Origin: Desulfatiglandales bacterium
GTDB lineage: Bacteria; Desulfobacterota; DSM-4660; Desulfatiglandales; Desulfatiglandaceae
Assembly: GCA_963662465.1 (NCBI GenBank)
Contig: OY759599.1
Location: forward strand, 1,472,001 to 1,536,000
Reading direction: 5' to 3'
Length of the DNA stretch: 64,000 bases
In this document: in pieces, positions 16,569-27,033 of the stretch
Position numbering within the stretch: position 1 is the first letter of the stretch
Layout: each line of letters opens with the position of its first letter
Position numbers and translations under genes: made by a program
Notes under the pieces: generated by a model
What the model was told of the DNA's origin: nothing
Database searches by the model: none
The model's input: only the letters and a program-made list of their open reading frames with translations

Positions 16569-17885
16569 TTAATCTTCAGCCGGTATTTTGAAGGTGAAGG
16601 TCGTGCCTTTTCCTTCCCCATCGCTTTTCACCTCAATGCGGCCATTGTGCATTTCCACCAGTTTTCTAGTCAGCGCCAGACCCAGTCCTGTCCCTGTGAA
16701 TTTACGGTCGTAATCGGCGTCCAGTTGCAGGAATTCCTGAAAAATAAGGTCCCTGTCTTCGGGTCTGATGCCGATTCCCGTATCGGCAACGGAAATTTCA
16801 ATTTCCGACAACTCCAGGTGTTTGACAAGTTTCGCGGAAACGGTAACGAGGCCCCCATCCGGTGTAAATTTAGCCGCATTGGAAAGTAGATGGTGCATGA
16901 TTTTTTTTAGTTTTCCCGCATCCCCCCGAACATTGGAATGCATCGGCAGGTGCGTCAGGTCAAGGTGCAGGGTGATATTTTGGTCGGTAACATTTTCCTG
17001 AAAACTGTGAAAGCTGTAGTCCAGCAACGCGTGGATATCCAGCCTGGTTTCACGCAGGGGCATATCACCGGTCGCCAGCCTTGAGATATCCAGCACATCG
17101 TTGATCAATGCAAGGAGATGACGGCTGCTTACCATGATATGGGAGACATATCGGTCCTGTTTTGGATTCAAGGAACCCACGGTCTGTTCCTTGAGGATTT
17201 CCGAAAAACCGATAATTGAATTGAGCGGCGTTCGAAGTTCGTGGCTCATCCCGGCCAGAAACTGGTCCTTGGATCGGTTCGCGGCTTCCGCCGCAATCTT
17301 GGCTTTCTTCAGGTTGTAAATGGTATCTTCCAGTTCCTGGTTGGCCTTTTCCAGGGAATCCTGCGCTTCAAGGAGATCACTGTTTTTTTGAATGGCATTT
17401 TCATAGGTGGAAAGGAGTAGATTCAGCATCCGCTGGGGATTTGCTTGAATCCGGTATTCTTTGCCGTCAATTACCACTGCCGAAGAATCATGTGGCGCCG
17501 GTGCATCCAGGGGGACTTGAGACTGTAAAATGGAAGCAATTTTTGAAAGCAGATGGCCTTCATTGTACGGCTTGGTCAGGTAATAATCCGCCTTGGATTT
17601 CAGGCCGTGAATGATATCCTCCGAATCGGACAGGGACGTGAGCAGCACCACGGGAATGTCTTTCAGCCTTTCTTCAAGTTTGATGGTATGACACAGTTCA
17701 AAACCATCCATTTCGGGCATCGTAACGTCCGTCAAAATGAGGTCGGGCAGGTTTTCCCGGGCGGCTTTAAGTCCTTCCAGGCCGTTTGTGGCTACCTGAA
17801 CGTCATACCCCCGGCTCTCCAGGACATGGCGCAGAAGGAGCAATTGTGTCGGACTGTCTTCAACAATGAGAATGCTTTTTGGCAT
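16569..17885 (-). CDS. Receiver + histidine kinase hybrid
   Basis: REC at N-terminus; SHELRTPL, NAAKFT, GTGLGL; start could be 17906. Confidence 0.92.
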   Translation of the reverse strand: MPKSILIVEDSPTQLLLLRHVLESRGYDVQVATNGLEGLKAARENLPDLILTDVTMPEMDGFELCHTIKLEERLKDIPVVLLTSLSDSEDIIHGLKSKADYYLTKPYNEGHLLSKIASILQSQVPLDAPAPHDSSAVVIDGKEYRIQANPQRMLNLLLSTYENAIQKNSDLLEAQDSLEKANQELEDTIYNLKKAKIAAEAANRSKDQFLAGMSHELRTPLNSIIGFSEILKEQTVGSLNPKQDRYVSHIMVSSRHLLALINDVLDISRLATGDMPLRETRLDIHALLDYSFHSFQENVTDQNITLHLDLTHLPMHSNVRGDAGKLKKIMHHLLSNAAKFTPDGGLVTVSAKLVKHLELSEIEISVADTGIGIRPEDRDLIFQEFLQLDADYDRKFTGTGLGLALTRKLVEMHNGRIEVKSDGEGKGTTFTFKIPAED

Positions 17886-18255
17886 TCGGGTTACGCCTCT
17901 CATCAAAAATCAAAATTCGCCCACATGAAAACCCGTTGGAGGCGTCAATTCGCCGCAACGCCGCTTTTTCAGAACTGAAGTAGGACCATTCTACTCGAAG
18001 GGACAAGTTGTCACAAAAGTGAATTTTTTGCAACATTCAGATGCCATAAATTAAACAGAATTAACCGGATAAAACAGGTTATCTCATCACTATCTTGAAA
18101 ATCTCGTCAAAATAACCTGACCTTCAAACAGGAAGGTGTTTTTTTATGTGACTTCAGAGCGCTCATGTCATATTCTGTTGCCGATGTATAAGGTTAATGA
18201 CCATCGTGTTTTTGCGTAAGTTTTCAGTAATAAAGCGATCGTGAAAGGGTAGTCT

Positions 18256-21200
18256 ATGCGGGATAAAAAAAGAGTTTTCATGCTGATAGGCCTGATGATC
18301 CTTGCCACCGGGATTGTGGGGACAACCGCAGTTGTTTTTCTGTATCGCGCCGCCATGTTTGGGGAACGGGAACGGTTGACGGAGATGGTCAAAAGCCAGG
18401 GGAGACTCATTGAGGTCATCGCACGCCATGACATGACATATAAACCAAACGCCTCCGGTGGGACGATTCAGGCAACAATGGGCCTGATCGCTGATACTCA
18501 CTCAAACCATAAACGCTTCGGGAAAACTGGGGCCTTTGCCTTGGCCGGGAGGGTGGACGATCGCATCATATTTTTGCTTCAGCATGAACCCGAAGATCCG
18601 GACAAAGCCTTGTCTGTGCCATGGCATTCTCCTCTGGCCCAACCCATGCGTCTGGCCCTGTCCGGCGGTTCCGGCGTCATGGTGGGGCTGGATTATCGCG
18701 GAAAAGAGGTTTTGGCTGCTTATGAATCGGTCGCCATTCTGGATCTGGGCATCGTGGCCAAAATAGATCTTGAGGAAGTTCGGGCGCCCTTTGTTCGGGC
18801 GGGGCTCCTGGCCGTAATGGTCATCTTGGTGGTTTCCATTGGGGGCGCTGTTCTTTTTGTTCGCATCACGCGGCCCATGATGCCAAGGGTTGAACGTCAT
18901 GCCCGGGATCTTGAGAAAACGGTGGCGGAGCTGGAGGAGAGCGAAGGCCGTTTCCGTAAAATGATCGAGCGAAATCCCGATGCGATTTTGATATTGAACC
19001 GGGGGGGAGATATCCTGTTCGCCAACCCTACCGCTCATGTCCTCTTTGGCCGTCCGGTCGAAGCGCTCATGGGGGTCAATCTCGGTTTGCCCATTGTGAA
19101 AGGGGAATTCAGCGAAATCAGTATTGCCGGAATAAAAGGAAATGAGCGGACCGCTGAAATGCGATCTGAAACCATTCAATGGGCCAATGAGGAAGCGTTC
19201 ATTGTCACAATACGGGATGTGTCAGAGCAAAGAGATGCAGCACGTCGTATTCGCCGTCTCAATGAGGCTTTGCGCGCCATTCGGGATGTGAACCAGTTGA
19301 TCACGAGGGAAGGGGATTCGAGTGTTTTGCTCCAGGAGGCATGCAAGATCCTGACCTCCGGTAATCGCTTCAAAGATGTTTGGATCGCCCTTCTGGATGA
19401 AAGCAGAAACATTGTAAAGGTTGTGCAGGCTGGCGTGGGCCCTGCCTTTCAGGTATGGTCCGATCTTTTGGAGACGGGGCCTTTTCCTTCCTGTTTTAAA
19501 ACGATCATTTCCGGGTCCCATGCGGTTGTGATGCAAAAGAGTTCGGACATCTGTCGGAATTGTCCATTAAACCAATCCTGCGCGGGTGAGGGCGCGCTGG
19601 TGGTTCCCCTGTTCCAGGACAACAGACTCTACGGGATTATGGTGATGTCGTCGCCTTTTAATATGATGATTGATGAGGAAGATCAGCACCTGTTCAAAGA
19701 GGCTGCCGATGATATTGCGTTTGCCCTCAAAAGCATTGAAACCGAAGAGAAACAGCGGCAAGTTCAGGAGTCGCTGCGTCAAAGCGAAAACCGATTTCGA
19801 CTTCTGGTGGAAAATGCACCCCTCGGGATATTTGTCATTGACAAGACGGGCGTTATTCTGGATGCCAATGAAAAAGCGTTGGAGATTCTACGGCTCGTTT
19901 CCGCTGAGGGAATGGTTCTTCGCAATATCCTGGAACTTCCAATGCTCATGGATGCCGGGATCAGCGATGATGTGCGTCGTTGCCTGGAAACAGCTGTCTC
20001 CCAAACCCATGAGCGCCCCTGCGCGACCGAAGGCGGCGGCGCCCTTCATCTTCGGTATCATCTGGCGCCGGTGATTGAACCTCATGATGCCGTTGTGGGC
20101 TTGCAGGGCATTATCGAGGACATTTCCGGCACAAGGAATCTGGAGTGCCAGCTGCGTCAGGCCCAGAAAATGGAAGCCATCGGCACACTGGCTGGGGGCA
20201 TCGCCCACGATTTCAATAATATCCTGGCAGCCATACTGGGCTACTCTCAACTTCTGATGGAGGAAACGCCGGAGGATTCCCCCGTTTATTCTTATATGGG
20301 TGAGATTTTAAAGGCCGGACAACGGGCACGGGACCTGATCAAACAGATTTTGACCTTCAGCCGTCAGACGGAAGCGGAACCCATGCCCCTTAAGCCACAT
20401 CTAATTGTTAAGGAGGCCATTAAGCTTCTGAGAAGCACCATCCCCACAACCATTGAAATCCGACAGCATGTATTTCCGAATACGGGAGCGATTATGGCTG
20501 ATCCCACCCAGATTCATCAGGTGATTATGAACCTGTGTACCAACGCCTACCAGGCCATGATGGAAACGGGCGGACTTCTGGAAATCACCCTCCAAAATGT
20601 TCATATCAAGCCTGAAAATGTGATTTTGAAACGGTGTCCGGCGTTAAAAGCCGGCGCTTATGTGCGGTTGACTGTCCATGATACGGGAAGCGGCATTGGT
20701 CCCCATACGATGGAGCATATCTTTGATCCCTACTTTACCACCAAGGAAAAAGGACGGGGTACGGGTCTGGGGCTCTCCGTGGTCCACGGCATTGTGGCGG
20801 ACTGCCGGGGCGCCATTGATGTTGAAAGTGAATTGGGGAAAGGAACCACGTTCCAGGTTTTTTTCCCCAGCGCGGAAAAGAAAGAGGTTGTTTCCCTTGA
20901 AAAATCCGTCTCCCCGATTCAGGGAGGAAACGAGTGCATACTCCTGGTGGATGATGAACCGCCCATTGTCAATATGGTCCGGCAGATGCTGGAGAAATAT
21001 GGTTACCGGGTAGAGACGAGTACCGACAGCCTTAAGGTGTTGCAACGTTTTTCCGAGGCGCCCGGAGAATTTGATCTGGTTATTACGGATATGACCATGC
21101 CGAATATGAGCGGTGACCGGCTTGCCTCAGAGATAATGAAGATTCGGCCTGATTTTCCGGTGATCATTTGTACGGGGCACAGCGACCTCATGGATGAGGA

Positions 21201-21294
21201 AAAGGCCGCATCTCTGGGGCTTCGTGCCTTTCTCATGAAACCTCTGGATCGACTGGAACTGGCTCAGACGGTGAGAGCGGTTCTGGATGCCTGA
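18256..21294 (+). CDS. Membrane hybrid sensor kinase (PAS-GAF-PAS-HisKA-HATPase-REC)
   Basis: AHDFNN, NLCTNA, GTGLGL, C-terminal REC. Confidence 0.93.
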   Translation: MRDKKRVFMLIGLMILATGIVGTTAVVFLYRAAMFGERERLTEMVKSQGRLIEVIARHDMTYKPNASGGTIQATMGLIADTHSNHKRFGKTGAFALAGRVDDRIIFLLQHEPEDPDKALSVPWHSPLAQPMRLALSGGSGVMVGLDYRGKEVLAAYESVAILDLGIVAKIDLEEVRAPFVRAGLLAVMVILVVSIGGAVLFVRITRPMMPRVERHARDLEKTVAELEESEGRFRKMIERNPDAILILNRGGDILFANPTAHVLFGRPVEALMGVNLGLPIVKGEFSEISIAGIKGNERTAEMRSETIQWANEEAFIVTIRDVSEQRDAARRIRRLNEALRAIRDVNQLITREGDSSVLLQEACKILTSGNRFKDVWIALLDESRNIVKVVQAGVGPAFQVWSDLLETGPFPSCFKTIISGSHAVVMQKSSDICRNCPLNQSCAGEGALVVPLFQDNRLYGIMVMSSPFNMMIDEEDQHLFKEAADDIAFALKSIETEEKQRQVQESLRQSENRFRLLVENAPLGIFVIDKTGVILDANEKALEILRLVSAEGMVLRNILELPMLMDAGISDDVRRCLETAVSQTHERPCATEGGGALHLRYHLAPVIEPHDAVVGLQGIIEDISGTRNLECQLRQAQKMEAIGTLAGGIAHDFNNILAAILGYSQLLMEETPEDSPVYSYMGEILKAGQRARDLIKQILTFSRQTEAEPMPLKPHLIVKEAIKLLRSTIPTTIEIRQHVFPNTGAIMADPTQIHQVIMNLCTNAYQAMMETGGLLEITLQNVHIKPENVILKRCPALKAGAYVRLTVHDTGSGIGPHTMEHIFDPYFTTKEKGRGTGLGLSVVHGIVADCRGAIDVESELGKGTTFQVFFPSAEKKEVVSLEKSVSPIQGGNECILLVDDEPPIVNMVRQMLEKYGYRVETSTDSLKVLQRFSEAPGEFDLVITDMTMPNMSGDRLASEIMKIRPDFPVIICTGHSDLMDEEKAASLGLRAFLMKPLDRLELAQTVRAVLDA

Positions 21295-21302
21295 ATTCAA
21301 TA

Positions 21303-23204
21303 TCAGGAAACTATTTTATTGCGGGGGTCCATTGAGGTTGGAACCGCCAGGCTGAGATACCGGTCCCCTTCATGAAACATGACCCCCTTATCCACCATCA
21401 TGCGGAGAAAGGGGCTGATGCGCTCTTCGCTGAACCGGGGGAACCGCGCCGCGATTTCATCCATGGGCCGCTGGGTTTCACAAAACAGATAGATGGCCCG
21501 GGAACTCCCCGTCAGGCGATGGGTCATGGGGTCTTTATTCAGCCGGCGTTTATGGATGATCAGGAAGTCTCTGCCGTCCCGGTAGGATAAAATCGGCAGG
21601 AACCCGGGGTCCCGATGCAATCCATCATAAGCGTTTTGCCATTCCTTCAGCCTTTTTTGAACGGGTTTCCACAGGCGTTGCTGTTCCCTGACGCCCCCAT
21701 GGTATCCCTGCAACATCAACGTGAATTTTTCGAGTTTTTCCTTGGGAAAGAGGTGATGATAGTGTGGATGATTTCCCGTCAACCGGATGCCATGGCGGGC
21801 GGGATTTCGCCACAGGGGGCTGCCGTATCCCAGCCAGAGGGAGACGCCGTTCAGCGGCCTGAAGGGGAAGGCAAAGGTGAGATTGTTCAGGGTCTCGGCT
21901 ACGTCCTGAGCGTCGCTTCCGGGAAAACCGAAAATGAGATTTCCAGTGAGGTTCGGAAGTTGGGCATGTTCGCAGTTTTTCATGATTTCAAGGTTGTCCA
22001 TGGCCGTGGTTCCCTTATTGAGCTTTTCAAGAAGCCTGGTGCTTAAGGCTTCGACACCCACCTGCACTTCCCGCATGCCGGCGTTTCCCATGGCCTCAAG
22101 AACGGAAACGGGTGTGTTCGCCCGGATTTCAGAATATAGTTGTAAATCCATTCCCAGGTGTTGGATATCAAAAAACAGATCCTCCAGGCCTTTGGCCGGA
22201 AGGAGGTTGTCCATGAAGAAGATGGAGAGGATCTGGTGACGCTTCACCAGTGTGTCTATTTCCCGGACAGTCCTTTCACGGCTTTTTCCCCGATAGCCGG
22301 TCCATTGAAGATTGAGGTTGCAAAAAGTGCAGCCTGCTTGGTCCTTTGAAGCATCCTTTTTCCGCCACCAGCATCCCCGGGATATTTCCATTGAAAGCCT
22401 GGGCATGAAGGCATGCCCGGCGCCCGGAGATTTCAGGTCCCGAAAGTAATCCGTGTAGTCGGGAATGGGGAGTGCATCCAGATTGGAGATTTGCTGATGT
22501 GTGTCTTCGAACGAAGCGTCACCCCTGTGAATAAGACCGGGTATGTCCGCGGCATGAGACGGATTTTGGCCCTCCAGTATTCTTTGGGTCAGCTGCAGCA
22601 AGGGCAGTTCTCCCTCCCCCCGAATGACGTAATCAATGGCGGGTTCACCCCGGAGAAGGCTTTCTCCCAAAGCGCCTGAACATGCGGCCCCCCCCACCAC
22701 AATGGGGATACCGGGAGCACGCCGCTTGATTTCCCGAATAAAATAGAGCGCACTGGTCAGTTGCGCCAGGCATATGGAAAACCCGATCAGACAATAGCGG
22801 TCCCAGGGTTGTGTATCTATGAAGGAAAGGGATGCCGTTTCAATTCGGCGGCAAAGGTCTCTGAAATCCTGTGATAAAAGTACGGGGGCGCCCTGCGCTT
22901 TACGGCGCCGGAATCGCTCCACCGTTTCCATGCGCTCCGGGTAAAGAAGGGCGGCATAGGGGCATTCGGCAACCCACGACCGTTCACCCATTTGCTGATA
23001 GAGAGAATAGCCCAGGGCTTGCGCAATTTTCAGGTAAACATGATGGGCATCGATGGTGATATGGGGCAGATGTTGATGGAGGAAAGCCTTGAGTGCTCCC
23101 AATTGAATGGACGGACGGTCAAAAAACGGCCACGGCGTTGAAATCAGTGCTATTCGGCCTTCCGTACCGGATGCTGTATTGTCTTTGTTTGCGTTTTGGC
23201 GCAT
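21303..23204 (-). CDS. B12-binding radical SAM protein, RiPP-maturation C-methyltransferase-like
   Basis: N-terminal PW..RPSIQLGALK, GEGE, SRGCWW...CTFC, QVGVEALS. Confidence 0.85.
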   Translation of the reverse strand: MRQNANKDNTASGTEGRIALISTPWPFFDRPSIQLGALKAFLHQHLPHITIDAHHVYLKIAQALGYSLYQQMGERSWVAECPYAALLYPERMETVERFRRRKAQGAPVLLSQDFRDLCRRIETASLSFIDTQPWDRYCLIGFSICLAQLTSALYFIREIKRRAPGIPIVVGGAACSGALGESLLRGEPAIDYVIRGEGELPLLQLTQRILEGQNPSHAADIPGLIHRGDASFEDTHQQISNLDALPIPDYTDYFRDLKSPGAGHAFMPRLSMEISRGCWWRKKDASKDQAGCTFCNLNLQWTGYRGKSRERTVREIDTLVKRHQILSIFFMDNLLPAKGLEDLFFDIQHLGMDLQLYSEIRANTPVSVLEAMGNAGMREVQVGVEALSTRLLEKLNKGTTAMDNLEIMKNCEHAQLPNLTGNLIFGFPGSDAQDVAETLNNLTFAFPFRPLNGVSLWLGYGSPLWRNPARHGIRLTGNHPHYHHLFPKEKLEKFTLMLQGYHGGVREQQRLWKPVQKRLKEWQNAYDGLHRDPGFLPILSYRDGRDFLIIHKRRLNKDPMTHRLTGSSRAIYLFCETQRPMDEIAARFPRFSEERISPFLRMMVDKGVMFHEGDRYLSLAVPTSMDPRNKIVS

Positions 23205-23487
23205 AAAAAAATCACCTGACCTGTATGGAATGAAGGCTTGCCCCTTATGGGCTGGGGATCCGTTTCAGAATAGCAATGTCATGCGCTTCTGTCAATCCGT
23301 CCGAGGCCCGGCATCATGGATGTCAGATGGCAACGCCTTGGAGGGGTGCGTGTCGGAATATTTCAAGATTTACCATTCCCTGTTGCAAAATCATGCGATT
23401 CGGGTAAAATGAACAATCGTCAAACTTTGGGGAACTTTCGAGGCTCTCCAAGGTTTGTAAACGGTCAAAACATGAAAGGAGGAAAAG

Positions 23488-23871
23488 ATGAAAGGAAAAT
23501 GGATGATACTGGTACTCGTTGCGCTCCTGTGTGCCCCCAGCTGGGCTGGGGCGGTGTCTGAGGAGGATTTTAAGCTCGACACCACGAGGGATCTCATTGA
23601 AGTCTGTACCGTACCCGACGGTGATCCGTATCAAAAGGAGGCCATTGGTTTCTGCATCGGCTTTCTGGTAGGATCCTATCACTACCACGTTGCGGAACAT
23701 GGTGGCCCGCTGGGCAATCCCTTGGTTTGTCCCCCGGATCCCCCGCCGCCACGGGCCAAGGTGGCGCAAATGTTTCTGGATTGGGCCAAAAAACATCCTG
23801 AGTACATGAATGAGGAACCGGTTGAGACATGGTTTCGGTTTCTCATTGAAAAATATCCCTGTAAACGTTGA
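23488..23871 (+). CDS. Rap1a/Tai-like exported protein
   Basis: Signal peptide; Cys pattern LIEVC..FCIGFLVG..VCPP..KYPC. Confidence 0.7.
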   Translation: MKGKWMILVLVALLCAPSWAGAVSEEDFKLDTTRDLIEVCTVPDGDPYQKEAIGFCIGFLVGSYHYHVAEHGGPLGNPLVCPPDPPPPRAKVAQMFLDWAKKHPEYMNEEPVETWFRFLIEKYPCKR

Positions 23872-23897
23872 ATTGATCCAGGAGAAAGGAGCTTGAA

Positions 23898-24170
23898 ATG
23901 AATAGAACGATGATTGCATTGATCATTGCCGCCTGTCTCACACTGGGTGGATGTGCCGGCATGAGCGATACGGGTGAGAGAACCTTGAGCGGCGGCGCCA
24001 TTGGCGCAGCCGGTGGCGCTATTATCGGCGCCATCGCCGGAAATGCGGGTTTAGGCGCCGCCATCGGTGGGGCAGCCGGCGCCGGCAGCGGCTACCTATA
24101 CGGTAAGCATAAAGAGTCAGAACAAAGTGCTTATGATCAGGGGTATAATGCGGGACGTCAGGGCCGGTAG
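23898..24170 (+). CDS. Glycine-zipper lipoprotein
   Basis: Lipobox LGGC; GGAIGAAGGAIIGA repeats. Confidence 0.85.
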   Translation: MNRTMIALIIAACLTLGGCAGMSDTGERTLSGGAIGAAGGAIIGAIAGNAGLGAAIGGAAGAGSGYLYGKHKESEQSAYDQGYNAGRQGR

Positions 24171-24254
24171 CTTTTCTCTTGACAATCTAAGCGAAAGAGC
24201 CAACACTCAAACCGGAAGTTGCGTTAAAACCATTTGAAAAAGGAGATACAAAGA

Positions 24255-24965
24255 ATGAAAGGCAATAAAAGTTCAAAGGCGACGTTCCATGTGGCAGTGA
24301 GTTTAATGGTGGCTGCCGTCTTTTTTCTAACCGCTCTGCCGGCAATGGCAAAAGACGATCTGAAACCTCAGATTCTGGTGGATCAGGCCCTGGCAACGCT
24401 GAATGATTTCGTTGCGGAAAAAGATATGGAATGGTTCAAAAATCATCTGAAAGAATCCAAGGGGATTCTAATCATTCCGCAACTCCTGAAGGCGGGTTTC
24501 ATCTTCGGGGGATCCGGTGGTCGGGGCGTCGTGCTTATTCGCGATGAGAAAACGGGTCAGTGGAGCCAGCCTGGATTTTACAGCCTGGGCTCCGTGAGCT
24601 TTGGCCTTCAGATCGGCGCAGAATCGGCCTCGGTAATCATGCAGGTGAGAACCCAGCGGGGCCTGGAATCCCTTTACGGCACCTCCTTTAACCTGGGCGC
24701 CAATTGTTCCGTAGCCGCGGGGCCGGTTGGGGTCGGCGCGTCCGGACAAGGGGTAACCGCGGATCTGGTTGCTTTTTCTCGCAGCCAGGGCGCCTATGCG
24801 GGGATCTCCTTTGACGGCAGCATGGTCAAGGTGAATGAAGACTTCGATAAGGACTACTACGGCAAAGCGGTGAGGCCCGTGGATATTTTCGTGAAAAAGG
24901 ATGTGAGCAATCCGGGCTCCGCCAACCTGCGCAAGGCCCTCAAAAAGGCTGAGAAAAGTAAATAG
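24255..24965 (+). CDS. SYLF/Ysc84 lipid-binding domain protein
   Basis: KAGFIFGGSGGRG, SFGLQIG, AAGPVG; signal peptide. Confidence 0.88.
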   Translation: MKGNKSSKATFHVAVSLMVAAVFFLTALPAMAKDDLKPQILVDQALATLNDFVAEKDMEWFKNHLKESKGILIIPQLLKAGFIFGGSGGRGVVLIRDEKTGQWSQPGFYSLGSVSFGLQIGAESASVIMQVRTQRGLESLYGTSFNLGANCSVAAGPVGVGASGQGVTADLVAFSRSQGAYAGISFDGSMVKVNEDFDKDYYGKAVRPVDIFVKKDVSNPGSANLRKALKKAEKSK

Positions 24966-25028
24966 CAAGTATCTGGACGAAAACCCGATCCGTTGTGGTT
25001 GTCGTTTAACCCCAAACCGTGCAAACAG

Positions 25029-25057
25029 AAAGGCAGAGTCGAATGGCTCTGCCTTTT
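25029..25057. terminator. Hairpin terminator
   Basis: AAAGGCAGAG / CTCTGCCTTT stem downstream of the SYLF gene. Confidence 0.6.
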
Positions 25058-25129
25058 CTGATATTTGTCCTCAAAAAAAGTTGACGTTTTTTCCTGATCG
25101 CTATATTTTGGTTCCAGGAGGTTCATCAT

Positions 25130-25420
25130 ATGGGCGCCGCCATCACGTTTGACACACTCAAATTTGCCAAAAAGCTTAAAAGCGTCGGGTTCGATGAGGC
25201 GCAGGCTGAAACGCTCTCCGATGCGTTCAGAGAGTCCGAAGCGGCAAGCATTGAAAATCTTGCCACCAAACAAGACTTGAGAGAACTTGAAACCAGGTTG
25301 ACCGGCGAAATAAAGGCGCTTGACGCTAAGATGTCCGGGGAACAAAAACTCATCCGATGGATGATGGGTTTTGTCCTTGCCGGTATTGCCGCGCTCATTT
25401 TGAAATCCTTTTTTGCGTGA
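25130..25420 (+). CDS. DUF1640/CCDC90-like coiled-coil protein with C-terminal TM
   Basis: FDTLKFAKKLKSVGFDEAQAE, LATKQDL. Confidence 0.85.
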   Translation: MGAAITFDTLKFAKKLKSVGFDEAQAETLSDAFRESEAASIENLATKQDLRELETRLTGEIKALDAKMSGEQKLIRWMMGFVLAGIAALILKSFFA

Positions 25421-25478
25421 TACACCCTGGCATTCGAGACGTGATCGGGTTCCATAAAAGACATGGCGACGACCTTTT

Positions 25479-25910
25479 TCACAACGGCGATTCAAATCGT
25501 CCCCCTTTTTCAATACCGGCCAGATATTTTTCAGCAGCCGCGCAGAAAAATTTTGACCGGTCCAACCCATCGGTTATTTTGACAAAGTCGCCGACCTTCT
25601 CCAACAAATCCACCGGCACCATAACGTTAATCCGTTTTTTTGGTCGATACTCTTTCATAATCTTTTCGTCCGGCACAACTGGGAAGACCAATTCATTTTC
25701 TTTGGCTTCAACCTTGACGTCGTCAAATGAGCGCGGCGCTTGATATTCCCGGCCTTTACGACCCATAACCATCAGGCCGCTTAAAGCGTCCATGGCCATA
25801 AACAGGGATTCATCCAGATCCTTTCCCCCAGTATGGACACCCGGCGCGTCCGGGAAACGTACCCCCCAGCCTGTTTCCAACCGATAAAAAATTCCGTAAT
25901 AAGGCTTCAT
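25479..25910 (-). CDS. hicB: HicB antitoxin with C-terminal RHH
   Basis: VRFPDAPGVHTGG; KRINVMVP...DRSKFF. Confidence 0.9.
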   Translation of the reverse strand: MKPYYGIFYRLETGWGVRFPDAPGVHTGGKDLDESLFMAMDALSGLMVMGRKGREYQAPRSFDDVKVEAKENELVFPVVPDEKIMKEYRPKKRINVMVPVDLLEKVGDFVKITDGLDRSKFFCAAAEKYLAGIEKGGRFESPL

Positions 25911-25974
25911 CTGTTTTTACCTCCATAATATCTTGAAAGCCGATAAAAGGAAGGGGTGCTTCATGCCCTTCTTT

Positions 25975-26148
25975 CTACTTGTCGGCTTGCTTAAGGATTT
26001 CCGTTGCCAATTGTTCGTCAATTTCCGCGTGCCTGGGGACGGGGAATCTGTAACCATTCCGGCTTTCCCAGAACTCGTGATTTCCGCCTTGACGAATCTG
26101 CAGTGCTCCTTTGGCTTTCAGTTTCTTTATCAGTTTTTTCTTTTTCAT
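25975..26148 (-). CDS. hicA: HicA toxin (57 aa, not in ORF track)
   Basis: Manual translation MKKKKLIKKLKAKGALQIRQGGNHEFWESRNGYRFPVPRHAEIDEQLATEILKQADK; GxH and VPRH motifs; directly upstream of hicB. Confidence 0.92.
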   Translation of the reverse strand: MKKKKLIKKLKAKGALQIRQGGNHEFWESRNGYRFPVPRHAEIDEQLATEILKQADK

Positions 26149-26175
26149 GTTTGCCTCATTGAAGGACTGTATTAT

Positions 26176-26229
26176 TACATACGTGTGTATTTAATGACAA
26201 TCAATTTTTACACACATGTATAAAAATTG
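26176..26229. promoter_or_regulatory. Two related palindromes upstream of hicA (putative HicB operators)
   Basis: TACATACGTGTGTA (26176-26189) and CAATTTTTA-CACACATGTA-TAAAAATTG (26202-26229). Confidence 0.55.
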
Positions 26230-26366
26230 CTGATTCCAAACAGTGAGGTCCTGATTTTACCTCCCGAAAAATATATTTCTTTTGAAATATGAAAAAAAAA
26301 GATAAAAAAAATGGTTGGAGGAGATTGACCCATTGGCAAACTTCAATTTTCAAGGGAGGGAAAAAC

Positions 26367-27002
26367 ATGGAATATGAAGCACCCAAATCAAAATGCGAAT
26401 TGTGTGGTTCGGAATTTGCGCGCCAGGGCATGACAAGGCATATCAAATCATGCTTGAAAAAACATCTTGAAAAGAAAGAATCCAAACATAAACCGCAAGA
26501 CCTTCTCTTGCTTCATGTAGCCGATGCTTTTAATCCCGATTACTTCCTGTATCTGTTGCTGGGTGAAAAAACGACCCTGAATGATCTGGATGGTTTTTTA
26601 CGGGAAATATGGCTGGAATGTTGCGGTCACATGAGTGCATTTTCCTTTGAACGATACGGCGATGAAATTGATATGCGGCAAAAGGCCGCGGATGTTTTCG
26701 AGCCTGGAAGCAAGATGGTGTACCAATACGATTTCGGCAGCACCACCGAATTGAATATCAAAGCCATGGGGCATTATCGCGGACCCATAGACCAAAAAAT
26801 TCAGATCATCTCAAGAAATGCCCAGCCTATCATTCCCTGTGATGTATGCAGCGCCAAACCAGCGGTTCAGATCTGTACCGAATGCGCATGGGATGGCGGT
26901 TGGCTCTGTGAAGATTGTGCAAAAACCCATGAATGCGATGAGGAAATGTTTCTGCCGGTGGTGAACTCGCCGAGAACCGGCGTTTGCGCCTATGCCGGCT
27001 GA
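26367..27002 (+). CDS. pRiA4b ORF3-like Cys-rich protein
   Basis: LDGFLREIWLECCGHMSAF, YQYDFGSTT, VNSPRTGVCAY. Confidence 0.7.
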   Translation: MEYEAPKSKCELCGSEFARQGMTRHIKSCLKKHLEKKESKHKPQDLLLLHVADAFNPDYFLYLLLGEKTTLNDLDGFLREIWLECCGHMSAFSFERYGDEIDMRQKAADVFEPGSKMVYQYDFGSTTELNIKAMGHYRGPIDQKIQIISRNAQPIIPCDVCSAKPAVQICTECAWDGGWLCEDCAKTHECDEEMFLPVVNSPRTGVCAYAG

Positions 27003-27033
27003 TGACGGGGGAGGGGGGACGTAAAGGGAACCA

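Noticed and set aside
18028..18046. Sigma54 promoter on - strand (TGGCAT...TTGCA)
   Set aside because: GG-to-GC spacing is 2 bp too long.
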